From Candidatus Heimdallarchaeum aukensis (GTDB lineage: Archaea > Asgardarchaeota > Heimdallarchaeia > Heimdallarchaeales > Heimdallarchaeaceae), in NCBI GenBank assembly GCA_021513695.1, contig CP084166.1:384001-448000 (forward strand): a stretch of 64,000 nt of DNA, read 5' to 3'. This document shows positions 40,621 through 50,504 of this stretch, piece after piece. Below the pieces are notes generated by a model. It was not told where the DNA came from. It did no database searches and saw only the letters and a program-made list of their open reading frames with translations. The position numbers and the translations under genes are program-made. How positions within the stretch are numbered: the first letter of the stretch is position 1; the number at the start of each line of letters is the position of its first letter.

Positions 40621-41511
40621 TTGTTGGTTATCTTTATGTTCATCTTTAAAAGAGTAAAAAGAAGAATTATTCTGAAAAGATTTTTTGTTACGCAAAACCA
40701 ACTATTAAGTGAATTTTTTGAAGAAACAGAGAAAGCATTGGGGAAAAAAATTACAATAATAGAATTTAATGAAGCCTTTAATCCAATAATAGAAAAATTA
40801 AATCAGATTATAGAAAACCATTCCAAAAGTAAAATCCTTAAAAAAACTATGAAAAAAAGATGGGCTAGGATTCTGTGGAGAAAGAAAGGAAAGGCTAAAG
40901 AAATTGAAAAGAGTCTTGTTAATATAACAGCAATTTTGGACAAATTAGATTTTTCAATTATTAATAATGATTTAGAAGAAATTGAATATTTATTAGAAGA
41001 TATAATAGAGATCGATTATGCATATGAAAAATTAAATAAATTAAAAAACGCAATAAATAGCTTCGATATTTTGTTAGAAAAAATGCTTTCAGTATTCAAC
41101 TTTTATGCAATACTAATTTCAAACGAGTCAATAAAAAATTTTGACAATTTAATAGTTAGAATTGAGAAAGATAGTTTAAGATGGAAAGCAGAAATAGATA
41201 CTTACGAAATATTAAAAGAAGCTATAGAAGAAAGAGCAGAACGAATAAACAGGCTTAAAGTATTTAATGATATGCTTGTTAAGAAAGAAAGTGTAAGCAT
41301 TACTGAAATGATGGACAAATTGGATTTTGAAAATAGAGAAAATCTAGAAAAATGGTTATTAGAAAATGTTCCTGCTAATACAATACTAATTAGCAGAGAG
41401 ATAATACAATTTAATAAAAATGTAAGTAAAAAAGAAATAGCTGAAGCAATAGATTCTTTGTTAAAAGATTACGAAAAATGGGTTAAGCAAGGAGTAGGAA
41501 AAAAAACCTAA
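40621..41511 (+). CDS. hypothetical protein, member of the local family with a shared C-terminal module
   Basis: C-terminal FENRENLEKWLLENV...KKEIAEAIDSLLKDYEKWVKQGVGKKT* aligns with the 28351 and 29131 products. Confidence 0.5.
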   Translation: MLVIFMFIFKRVKRRIILKRFFVTQNQLLSEFFEETEKALGKKITIIEFNEAFNPIIEKLNQIIENHSKSKILKKTMKKRWARILWRKKGKAKEIEKSLVNITAILDKLDFSIINNDLEEIEYLLEDIIEIDYAYEKLNKLKNAINSFDILLEKMLSVFNFYAILISNESIKNFDNLIVRIEKDSLRWKAEIDTYEILKEAIEERAERINRLKVFNDMLVKKESVSITEMMDKLDFENRENLEKWLLENVPANTILISREIIQFNKNVSKKEIAEAIDSLLKDYEKWVKQGVGKKT

Positions 41512-41722
41512 AAATTTTTGATGTTCTTCTTTTTGGAATTAAAGATATTTTAGATAAAATTAAAGAAATAAATGTACAGGAAATGATTTCTTTCTAATTC
41601 TTTATGTTTTTAGAATTTATGATTGATGCAGTGCTGATCATTGAAAAGCATTTTCTGTAAAGAATAAGAGAAAATAAGGAAAAAAACAAAAATATTTAAT
41701 TTTCAATAAAAAAGTAAAAAAA

Positions 41723-42121
41723 CTAACAATTACTAGAAATTAAACAGTTAATCTTTTCTAATATTGTCTTTAGTCTAAAGGGTTTTCTAAGATAATGTAA
41801 CCCTAATTCTTCAACTTGTTTCTGAATTGAACCTTGAAATGCTGTTATTGCAATAATAGGAAGATTAGCATTAGAAAGAATAATTCTAGAAGCTTCAATT
41901 CCACTCATTTCTGGCATCTTAATGTCCATCAAGATAAGATCTGGTTTCCATTCTCTTGCAATAACTACAGCCTCTTTGCCGTTTTTTGCCATCCTAACTT
42001 CAAAAGAATCTTTCAAAAATTCATGGAATATTTTTCTTATATCCTCTTCGTCATCTGCTACAAGAATCTTCTTTGTTGGGTTAGAAAAAGGAGCAAGATT
42101 GTTTGATAAATTTAATAACAT
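41723..42121 (-). CDS. single-domain response regulator (CheY-like receiver)
   Basis: KILVADDEEDIRKIF...PDLILMDIKMPEMSGIEA, with the phospho-acceptor Asp in LILMD and the conserved Lys in YLRKPF. Confidence 0.8.
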   Translation of the reverse strand: MLLNLSNNLAPFSNPTKKILVADDEEDIRKIFHEFLKDSFEVRMAKNGKEAVVIAREWKPDLILMDIKMPEMSGIEASRIILSNANLPIIAITAFQGSIQKQVEELGLHYLRKPFRLKTILEKINCLISSNC

Positions 42122-42229
42122 AATAACCTGTCTATGAAAACAGAATTATCTATACTTAAAAGCACTATTATGTTACAAAAATAAATAACTATAGAAAAAG
42201 GATTTAAGTTCAAAAAACTATTTTTTATT

Positions 42230-42706
42230 ATGAATGAAATTTCAAAAGCTCTCGAAATAGAGATGAAGTCAGTTTTTAAAATGTTAAAAAACGCAGTAAG
42301 CAGAATCGAAGGAGATTATTGGAAAAAAAAGGAAAATAACTGGATGTACGGATATGTTTTATTTCATACGATAGAAGCAATTGATTACTATCTCTCTGAA
42401 TCAGCAGAAGAGTGGAAACCTCTAAATGATGTTTCTAACTATTCAGAAGAAAAAGAAACAGAAGCATTAAAAACAAAAGATAAGCATTTCTTTGAAGAAT
42501 ATTTAAGAAAAATAGAAGAAAAAACCTTTGAAACTCTTGAAAAACTTTCTGATGAAAAATTATTAGAAAAAGACGGGTTTGGAAAAAAAGGATTTACTTC
42601 AAGATTGCACAAATATATTTACTTGATAAGACATTGTATGGTGCATTTAGGAGAATTATCTAAAACTTTGAGAGACAAAGGAGAAGAAAACATTAAGTGG
42701 GAATAA
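42230..42706 (+). CDS. DinB/YfiT-like four-helix-bundle protein (tentative)
   Basis: His-containing helices (FHTIEAIDYY and RHCMVHLGEL) resembling the DinB_2 metal-binding triad. Low certainty. Confidence 0.3.
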   Translation: MNEISKALEIEMKSVFKMLKNAVSRIEGDYWKKKENNWMYGYVLFHTIEAIDYYLSESAEEWKPLNDVSNYSEEKETEALKTKDKHFFEEYLRKIEEKTFETLEKLSDEKLLEKDGFGKKGFTSRLHKYIYLIRHCMVHLGELSKTLRDKGEENIKWE

Positions 42707-42890
42707 ATTCAAAGAATCTCTATCAGTTAATTCATTTCTAGAAATAGTAAAATAGAAAATCCCATTTAGTAGCTTCAAATAGAAGTTCTTAAGCTAAAAA
42801 TATTGATTAATTATAGATTATTTGAAAAATGGATATTCTTTTTGCATTGTACTGATAAATAAAAAAAAGAGAAAATTGTTTTCTACAAGC

Positions 42891-43439
42891 TTAATCTAAA
42901 AATGGAAATTTCTTTGAAACCTTTTCCCAAATTTTTAATCTCCAGCCAATGTTTGTTCCATGTGCAAAGAGTAAGAGAAATGCGCCATATACTAGATGAT
43001 CGTCGAATACAGGATTATGACCTGTACCTTTTTCAGTCCAGGGAGCAACAGCTAACCACATAAGCAATAGTAAAATGAATCCTCCGTAGCCAGCAATCTT
43101 TCGACCAATACCAAAAATCAATGAAAAGCCTAATCCGTATAAAGCAATCATAAATAGCCAGTCAAGAACAGCATTTCCAGCCATAGCATCAAAAACCTTG
43201 TACAAAGGACTGTTAACAGCACCAAAATGTAAAAAACCATAGGTAGGAGAACCAGGACCGAATCCAAAAAGCCATTTATTTTCAGGAGAAGTACTATAGT
43301 TAAGCCCAAAAGTTTTGTCCAATGCAGCCCATAGAAAAATTCCAGCAAGAAAAATTCTAGTTAACATAAAGAAGATGTATTCTAAAAGATTCTTTTTTGG
43401 ATCAGTTAAATCTATTTTTTCATCCAATTTTATCACCAT
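42891..43439 (-). CDS. DoxX-like membrane protein (tentative)
   Basis: Four hydrophobic helices. LAGIFLWAALDK resembles the DoxX/TQO small-subunit family. Confidence 0.3.
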   Translation of the reverse strand: MVIKLDEKIDLTDPKKNLLEYIFFMLTRIFLAGIFLWAALDKTFGLNYSTSPENKWLFGFGPGSPTYGFLHFGAVNSPLYKVFDAMAGNAVLDWLFMIALYGLGFSLIFGIGRKIAGYGGFILLLLMWLAVAPWTEKGTGHNPVFDDHLVYGAFLLLFAHGTNIGWRLKIWEKVSKKFPFLD

Positions 43440-44043
43440 TTAATAATTTGAAAGAGCGAATTATGATGTTTAATTCCGTTCTTCTCTTTCAATCGATTAC
43501 GATACGAATGCTTGCTTTAATAGTGCATCATTAAAATAATTAAGTAAACCATATTTTAGAAAAAAAAACGATAACTGTGCATCATCTTGTCTAAGACTGC
43601 AATGTTCTTACATTTAATCAAAAAGGAGTCTAGTCTTTTTATTGTATTACTTAATAAATGCCTTTTTTGACTTTACTTTTTAAATAGAAAAAATATTGTC
43701 AAAAGTTAAGAAAATAACAAGTTCAACCTTCGAAACAAGAATTAAACTGAGAAATTAGGTAATTAATATATTTAAAAATATATTATGGTTGACATACCTT
43801 ATTATTAGGAGCTACTTTATTAAATGGATATATGTTTTGGTATGGACATCCTTGTTAGAAGAACAAGCATTTACAAAAAAATGGAAACTATACCCTTACA
43901 AGAAGGTAGGGAAAAATCAGTAAAAACAAGAAAAATGGAGAAAATAGACGCAGAAACAGAGAAATATAAATAAGGTTAATTTGTTAAAGCTGAATGTAAA
44001 GTTAATATGATCATCAGAATTTTTAAAAAGACAATAACAAATA

Positions 44044-44529
44044 TTGTTTTCCATGTCTTACCAAACTTTTGCTGAGAAGTGCGAACCTGCTGTTCCAAAG
44101 TATGTACATTACATTATTGCAGGTCTTGCATGGTTAGGAGTAGGAATAATGTTATCTAATTTTGCTATTCAATGGTTAATCGTTGCAGAGGTACCTCTTG
44201 TTTGGATTTATGGTTTAATTGGAACAATTGCTGGTTTTATCATCTACTACTTTGGTTTTTCGCATATTGCCAAAAAGAATGTTAAAAGAATAGTTGAAAA
44301 AAGGCATAAATTCTGTGTTTTTGCTTTTATTTCTTGGAAATCATACTTGACAATACTTGTTATGGTTGCAATGGGGATAGGATTGAGATTGTCTCCTATA
44401 CCTAAACACTATCTAGCCGTCTTATACATTGGTTTAGGAATAGGTTTAGGTCTGTCTAGTTTTGTTTATTTTGGAAAAACTATTCTTCATTTCAGAAATA
44501 ACCAACCAGATCAAATAACAAACAATTAG
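44044..44529 (+). CDS. membrane protein (hypothetical)
   Basis: Four hydrophobic helices. Its stop overlaps the methyltransferase stop by 4 bp (convergent genes). Confidence 0.4.
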   Translation: MFSMSYQTFAEKCEPAVPKYVHYIIAGLAWLGVGIMLSNFAIQWLIVAEVPLVWIYGLIGTIAGFIIYYFGFSHIAKKNVKRIVEKRHKFCVFAFISWKSYLTILVMVAMGIGLRLSPIPKHYLAVLYIGLGIGLGLSSFVYFGKTILHFRNNQPDQITNN

Positions 44530-45422
44530 TTTTTTTCTCTTTTATCATTAGTTCTTTCTGAATATGGGGTATAGAATTCTCCCAATTTAATCTTGCTCAG
44601 GTTCCACTCTATTATTTCTTGCAATTGTTTGTTTATTTCGTATCCTATATAATGTCTATAAGCTCCTTTACACACCACTGCTGTTGTACCGTTTCCCATA
44701 AAAGGGTCTAGAATTATATCTCCAGGTTTGCTTCCAAAATCTATACATCTTAAAACAACATCTGTTGGAAGTTTTGTTGCATTCTTTTTTATTCCCGTGT
44801 GATATACTCTTTTTATATTCCAAACATCTTCTGGGTAGTGTTCAATTTTATTAAAAAAATAGTTTCTTTTGTTTTTTACAGCAAAAAGAATATGATAATG
44901 ACTTGTAACAAATTTTCTTTTTGTAAAAACTCCAAATTGATATTTCCAAATTATGTGATTAATTAACTCCAAATTGTTTTTTTCCAGAGCAAATAGTATA
45001 TCTTTTAAATTTGTCCACCCACTGAAAATCCACACTCCTCCACTTTTTTTTAATATTCTCGGCAGTTCACTTATCCATCTATTTGTAAATTCAGAGTAAT
45101 TACTAATTTCTACCTCTTTGTAACCCTCAATTACATTATTTTTGTCTCTATTGTATATACCTTCTTTTCCGTTAAAATTTATTCCAAAGGGAGGATCAGC
45201 AACAACCATGTCAATGCTATTATCAGGAAGTTTTCGCATACCTTCAATGCAATCTTCATAATGGATAATATCAATATCAAAATTACATTTAGAACTCTCA
45301 TAAAGAGCTCTAGCTTCTGAAATAGTCCAATCATAAGTGGGTTTAAACTTTTTAGAGCTTTTTTTAGTGCTATGCTTATTTTTTCCTTTTTTGGTTGTTT
45401 GAGATTCCATAGATTTCTTCAT
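44526..45422 (-). CDS. beta-class N6-adenine/N4-cytosine DNA methyltransferase
   Basis: Motif IV DPPF (VVADPPFGINF) precedes motif I FxGxG (ILDPFMGNGTTAVV). This order defines beta-class amino-methyltransferases. Confidence 0.85.
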   Translation of the reverse strand: MKKSMESQTTKKGKNKHSTKKSSKKFKPTYDWTISEARALYESSKCNFDIDIIHYEDCIEGMRKLPDNSIDMVVADPPFGINFNGKEGIYNRDKNNVIEGYKEVEISNYSEFTNRWISELPRILKKSGGVWIFSGWTNLKDILFALEKNNLELINHIIWKYQFGVFTKRKFVTSHYHILFAVKNKRNYFFNKIEHYPEDVWNIKRVYHTGIKKNATKLPTDVVLRCIDFGSKPGDIILDPFMGNGTTAVVCKGAYRHYIGYEINKQLQEIIEWNLSKIKLGEFYTPYSERTNDKREKN

Positions 45423-45582
45423 ACCTCTTCACAGATACAATAAAGATTTATCGGTTGAATAAATTAGAATATTACAACAAAAGTAAGACAATTGCTTTTT
45501 TCTTTACATTTAAAGGAAATTCAATATAAAAAACAGAAACAATTATCCCTAAACAAAGAATAGAAAAAAAGAAAAAAACTAA

Positions 45583-46020
45583 TTATATATCGAAGGATTC
45601 TCCTTTAACTTGTTTAATATGGTGTAAATCGTGTTTCCATAGACCAAATAAATCTGCAGCTTTTTCCTCAAGATTCTTTTCTATAAGTAATTTATAGTTT
45701 TTAATTAATTCTTCTCTTTTTTCTTTAAACATGTCTACTACTTCATTCAGACTTTTTTCTTTATATTGTTCTAGTTGTTTATCGTTCCATTCGTCAAGCT
45801 TTGAACCTGAATATTCTTCAGACCATACAACTTCTTTACCCTCAAATACATCTTTTACAATTCTCAAAATTTCAATGTCCCAGACTAATAAGTGTGCAAT
45901 AAGTTCTTTCTTTCCCCAACCGTTTGATAAACTAAAATCTTCGGAAAGATCTAACACAATTTCAGTTGTTTTTTCAAATTTGTTTATATGCTCAGTTGGT
46001 TTAATTTTTTCTTGAGTCAT
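45583..46020 (-). CDS. hypothetical protein
   Basis: 145 aa with no PD-(D/E)xK or other nuclease motif recognisable. Confidence 0.4.
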   Translation of the reverse strand: MTQEKIKPTEHINKFEKTTEIVLDLSEDFSLSNGWGKKELIAHLLVWDIEILRIVKDVFEGKEVVWSEEYSGSKLDEWNDKQLEQYKEKSLNEVVDMFKEKREELIKNYKLLIEKNLEEKAADLFGLWKHDLHHIKQVKGESFDI

Positions 46021-46191
46021 AAAAACAATGTTAAAATTGTATTTTTATCTTTTTCTTTAGGTATTTAAACTGTTATTTTCTCTTATTTTCAATTGATTCA
46101 TTGGTTGTTTTTTTCTCACTTTATTCTTGTAAAGTAGTATACTTTACTTTTCTAAATAGTAAAGTATTCATAAAAGAATGATAATTGTCAT

Positions 46192-47262
46192 TTGGTGAAA
46201 AAAATGTTCACAAAAACAAAAATTATTGGTTTGGGAATACTTCTTTCAATGCTGGTAAGCTCTTTAGCTATATCAGCTGAAAGTCAAGGGTTGCAATATT
46301 CAGAACAAAATAAGCTCGTAACAATAAGCTATGAGGATCTTACACTCATGGTTAATGCTGGAGGTCAAGTACCTAAGTTTCATATCATTCAGGATGGTGG
46401 AATAGAGTTCCAAGTAATGTTCAAGCTTCTAGCCGAATATTATGACGAAAACGGAGATGGAGCTTTTCAATATGATGAACTAAATATAGCCCAAACGGGA
46501 CAGACAGGTCCTCCTACTGCTAGAACTAACATTTTAGCTCTACCAAGTGTCATCTGGTCATTCAGCGGTTTTGAAGCAGAATACGAAGAAGGAACAGAAA
46601 ATATTGTAGCTATACACTTCAGTTTTGTCAGTGATCAAATACTTATTCCATTTTACGCTGATTTTTCTATGGAAATAAAGGCCCATTTCTATCTAGATAA
46701 CAAGACCATTGATGGATATGAGATCATTGGCGGAAGAGAACTCAAATTTGATATAATCATGAACAATTGGCCATGGGAAAGAGATGATACTTACCTTGCT
46801 TTAAGATTTGACATTTCCCCTCAAAATGATGTTGCAGAAGTAAAAGATGCTGAAGGAAAACCTATTGACACAAAAACTAACTCTACAGGTGCTGAACACA
46901 AAGTCAATAATCAAAATAAAATGAAAAATTCTTTTGAGTTAGGGAATGCTACAGATAAAGGATTCTTTGCTTACTCTAATACGGCCAACTATTCCTATCA
47001 AAATGAATACCAACAAGGAACAGTAAATTGCTCTTATGCTACAAACGGAGATAACACAATTCAAACTTATTTAAGTTTCGAGCATTTCGATGAAGAAGTT
47101 GTTTATGATCCTTCACTAGGAATCGTTTCTGATACTGAAGAAGATACAGAAGGAGATACTGACGAAGATACAAGTGGTCTAGGAAATATTGAAATATTGA
47201 CAATCAGCGTATTTTCGATATCAGCCATTACTGCTGTAGCTATCATAAGAAAGAAGAAATAA
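46192..47262 (+). CDS. secreted cell-surface protein with acidic stalk and C-terminal TM anchor
   Basis: Signal peptide, then a C-terminal DTEEDTEGDTDEDTSG stalk, a hydrophobic helix and RKKK. Confidence 0.55.
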   Translation: MVKKMFTKTKIIGLGILLSMLVSSLAISAESQGLQYSEQNKLVTISYEDLTLMVNAGGQVPKFHIIQDGGIEFQVMFKLLAEYYDENGDGAFQYDELNIAQTGQTGPPTARTNILALPSVIWSFSGFEAEYEEGTENIVAIHFSFVSDQILIPFYADFSMEIKAHFYLDNKTIDGYEIIGGRELKFDIIMNNWPWERDDTYLALRFDISPQNDVAEVKDAEGKPIDTKTNSTGAEHKVNNQNKMKNSFELGNATDKGFFAYSNTANYSYQNEYQQGTVNCSYATNGDNTIQTYLSFEHFDEEVVYDPSLGIVSDTEEDTEGDTDEDTSGLGNIEILTISVFSISAITAVAIIRKKK

Positions 47263-47300
47263 TATCCTTTTTTTCTTTTTTTCTTTTTTTTTCTTTTTTT
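47263..47300 (+). terminator. poly-T transcription terminator
   Basis: tatcctttttttctttttttcttttttttcttttttttg immediately after the stop codon. Archaeal-type oligo-T terminator. Confidence 0.4.
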
Positions 47301-47394
47301 TGATTTTAATCAAAAATCTTTAGAAAATAAGACCATTCAAAACTTAATTTTGTATTATATTGAAAAAAAAAGGATTTTAGTTTAACCACTAAAA

Positions 47395-49251
47395 TTAATA
47401 TTTCTTTCCACAGATATCAATTTCTTCAAAAGTTTCCTTAACTTTATTTTTCTTTTGTTTTGTTCTGAAGATAATTTCAAATAAAACAATTGAAAAAATG
47501 AAAATCATCCAAACTATACTTTTACTGATAATTTCTTTTCTTCTAGTAATACCTATGTTTGAATTAGGATCTAATGGGTCAAAATCATTCATTACTTCTT
47601 CATAATCAGTATATGAATCTCCATCTGTATCAGGATCGTTGGGATCAGTATTATAAAATTTTACTTCTTCAAAATCGTCCAATCCATCAAAGTCACTATC
47701 TATGCGTAAAGGATTAGTATGGTAAATAAATAATTCTTCATAATCATCTAGTAAGTCACCATCTGTATCACGATTTAGGGGACTAGTATTGTAATTATTT
47801 ACTTCTTCTCCGTCTTTTAATCCATCATTATCAGAATCACTATCATTGGGGTCAGTATCGTACATGTAAATTTCAAGATTATCAGACAAACCATCCAAAT
47901 CTGAATCTTTTAATGTAGGATTTGTTCCATAAACAAATACTTCTACTCCATCATCTATTCCATCATTATCTGAATCATCATTTGTAGGATCTGTTCCATA
48001 AGCGTATATTTCATCACCATCTAATAATCCATCAAAGTCAGTATCATTATTCCTTGGATCAGTATTGTTTTCAAATTCGTGAATATTATATAATTCATCA
48101 TTATCAAAGTCAACATAGGCATCAATTGGATTAGCAACATCTAAACCATAGTAATATTCCCAGTAATTTGTCATTCCATCGCTGTCTAAATCTCCATCAG
48201 CATCGCTTGGATCATCAGGATCTAATCCTACACTAACTTCCCAGTAATCAGGCATTTTATCGTTATCACTATCTCTTACTAGTTTTATGATAAAAGCATC
48301 AATATATCCTTCCAAAGTGGAATTTAAAGGGCTTTTTAAAAGAAGATCATTACTCTCTGTACTCCCTACTATGTAGATAGAACCATCACTATCCACTGCT
48401 ATATCTCTACCTACATCTTCTTCTCTTCCACCAAAATATGTGCTAAAAACTAAATTTGTTCCACTTCTGTTTAACATAGAAACAAAAATATCGGAATAAT
48501 AAGTAGGATTTCTTTCTTCAATTGCATTTTTAATCGGAAAATCATTGCTCCATGTTCCACCTGTTAAATAGACGTTTTGATCATTATCTACCGTTATTGA
48601 CAAACAAGTATCATTTGATGAACCACCTAAAAATGTACTATAGATTATATTATCAGCTGTTGAACTTATTTTTGTTAAAAATATGTTAGAATATCCATTT
48701 AGTGTGTCATCAAAGGCATTTTTTGTTGGAAAGTCAGTACTATTTGTAACACCAGTGATATATACATAACCTTCACTATCAATAGTTATTCCTCTGGCAT
48801 AATCATTATACTTTCCCCCTAAATAAGTGCTAAAGATTAACCCATTTCCTGTAGAGTTAATATAGGATAAATAAACATCAAAAAAGCTTCCACCACCATA
48901 AGTAGAATTAAAAGCATTTACAGTCGGAAAATCATCACTTCTTGTAGATCCAGTAATGAAAATAGAACCATTAGAGAAAACTTTACCTTTAGCAAAGTAT
49001 TCAGCATCACTTCCCCCTATTATTGTGGTGAAAATAGGTTCAAGAGTTTCTCCATCAAGTTTAGTAACAAAAGCATCATAATCATCATCTGAAATATTTC
49101 CAAAAGCAAAGTTGTTGAATAAAGAAGTGCTCATAGTATCTCCAAAAATGTATATATTTCCATCATTTCCTATTTCTATCTTGCGTCCATAATCAAAAAT
49201 ATCCCCGCTTAAATAAGAACTAAAATCTACTAAATAAGGATCAATAATCAA
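47395..49251 (-). CDS. SBBP beta-propeller-repeat / thrombospondin-type-3-like Ca-binding surface protein, C-terminal part (after an in-frame TAA)
   Basis: Repeated ...GG..D.A.GI..D..G..YITG.T.S.DFP... (SBBP) units, then more than ten DxDxDGxxDxxE repeats, then a C-terminal TM helix. The track start is TTG. Confidence 0.6.
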   Translation of the reverse strand: MIIDPYLVDFSSYLSGDIFDYGRKIEIGNDGNIYIFGDTMSTSLFNNFAFGNISDDDYDAFVTKLDGETLEPIFTTIIGGSDAEYFAKGKVFSNGSIFITGSTRSDDFPTVNAFNSTYGGGSFFDVYLSYINSTGNGLIFSTYLGGKYNDYARGITIDSEGYVYITGVTNSTDFPTKNAFDDTLNGYSNIFLTKISSTADNIIYSTFLGGSSNDTCLSITVDNDQNVYLTGGTWSNDFPIKNAIEERNPTYYSDIFVSMLNRSGTNLVFSTYFGGREEDVGRDIAVDSDGSIYIVGSTESNDLLLKSPLNSTLEGYIDAFIIKLVRDSDNDKMPDYWEVSVGLDPDDPSDADGDLDSDGMTNYWEYYYGLDVANPIDAYVDFDNDELYNIHEFENNTDPRNNDTDFDGLLDGDEIYAYGTDPTNDDSDNDGIDDGVEVFVYGTNPTLKDSDLDGLSDNLEIYMYDTDPNDSDSDNDGLKDGEEVNNYNTSPLNRDTDGDLLDDYEELFIYHTNPLRIDSDFDGLDDFEEVKFYNTDPNDPDTDGDSYTDYEEVMNDFDPLDPNSNIGITRRKEIISKSIVWMIFIFSIVLFEIIFRTKQKKNKVKETFEEIDICGKKY

Positions 49252-49335
49252 TTTTTTAGCTGTATCATATTGTTCAATATTAAAAATATAACAGTTGTCA
49301 TCAAGAGTAAAATAAGCGGGGATAATTTTTCCTTC

Positions 49336-50067
49336 TTAAAAAACTTTTAAGTTTCTATCATTAAAAATTCTATATTCTGTATTTCCGATTCTTGAGATTC
49401 CAACTATATTAGTTTCATCTTCTTGTTTTAAGTAAAACTTTGAATCTGATGATAGTTGAACCTTAATAACTGAAGGATCAGCGTTTGGTTCAACAATAAA
49501 TTCGTATTTCAGAAATGAACCTGTAAAATAGTATCTTAAAGATATTCCGGGGTATATATCTTCATATATTATTTCTTGATAACAGCTTATTTGAGTAATT
49601 GCTTTATCTTTGTAAAAAAAGTTAGAATAGTAATTTGCTAATGCTTTTGCCTGTGGTACAACGATATTTGAATCAGGAAAAGAGACATTAATTAAGAAAA
49701 ATTTAGTATTTTCTTCTTTATTCGGTTTAAGATTCTGAATAAAGTAGACCTTAGATTCTCCAAAGTAAACATTTGTTAAAGGAGATTGAGCATAATAAAA
49801 AACTGTCTTGTCAAATATATGCCCTTTATTTTTCATAAAAAAGTATTTAGAATTGTAATCACTGACATAGTTCTCTTCAATTTCGCCGGAAACACTGTAA
49901 AAATTAATTTTTGCTTTATTTTGCTGTTGTGAATATTTTATGCTGTAAGAGCCAACTAAAGTGTTATTTTTGACATAAAATCCAGATAAACTGCTCACAC
50001 TTACAAGAAAGATTAAAAACAAACAAACAATAAATGAAACATTTCCTTTGCTTTGATTTTCATTCAT
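49336..50067 (-). CDS. N-terminal part of the same surface protein (signal peptide plus N-domain)
   Basis: Signal peptide MNENQSKGNVSFIVCLFLIFLVSVSS. Same reading frame as 47395-49251, separated only by TAA (49336-49338) and 28 sense codons that already show SBBP-like sequence (YFTLDDNCYIFNIEQYDTAKK). Confidence 0.55.
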   Translation of the reverse strand: MNENQSKGNVSFIVCLFLIFLVSVSSLSGFYVKNNTLVGSYSIKYSQQQNKAKINFYSVSGEIEENYVSDYNSKYFFMKNKGHIFDKTVFYYAQSPLTNVYFGESKVYFIQNLKPNKEENTKFFLINVSFPDSNIVVPQAKALANYYSNFFYKDKAITQISCYQEIIYEDIYPGISLRYYFTGSFLKYEFIVEPNADPSVIKVQLSSDSKFYLKQEDETNIVGISRIGNTEYRIFNDRNLKVF

Positions 50068-50350
50068 TTTTCTAAATATTTTAGGTTGAAAAATATTATA
50101 TAAATATTATCAAATGATTTTTGGATAGTTTTTTATTTAAAGTTTAAAATAAAGCTTGAATAGATTTTAGAATAAAAAGAAAAATTTTGCCAATTATATC
50201 TTTTTTGTAAGATTTAATCTAAAAAAGATAAATTCAAATTATAAGAAATAAGACAGATAATATTAGGCTAATTATCAGTTTTTCTATTAAATTCAAAATA
50301 GTGTTCTAGAAATCTAAAAAAATAGAATGAGGAAAACAGTAAAAAGCTAT

Positions 50351-50458
50351 AGTACTTCCGCAATAAGTTGACTGATTTCTATAGGTTAAAATTATAGGAG
50401 TTCATACTATCATTGGTGTGTTCTCAATTCATACTTTTTGAGATAATTCGGAAGTACT
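50351..50458 (+). mobile_element. MITE-like 108-bp element with 10-11-bp terminal inverted repeats, copy A
   Basis: agtacttccg......cggaagtact. 106/108 identical to the reverse complement of 60436-60543. Lies 47 bp upstream of the 50505 start codon. Flanks aaagcta / aagcta form a possible short target-site duplication. Confidence 0.6.
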
Positions 50459-50504
50459 AAAGCTAATAACAATTTTTTTAAGTATAATTATTAAATAAAA
50501 CACA

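Noticed and set aside
43440-44043. 600-bp gene-free region considered for a structured ncRNA
   Set aside because: Uniformly AT-rich with no conserved stem-loop pattern or repeats I could discern. More likely promoter or UTR space.
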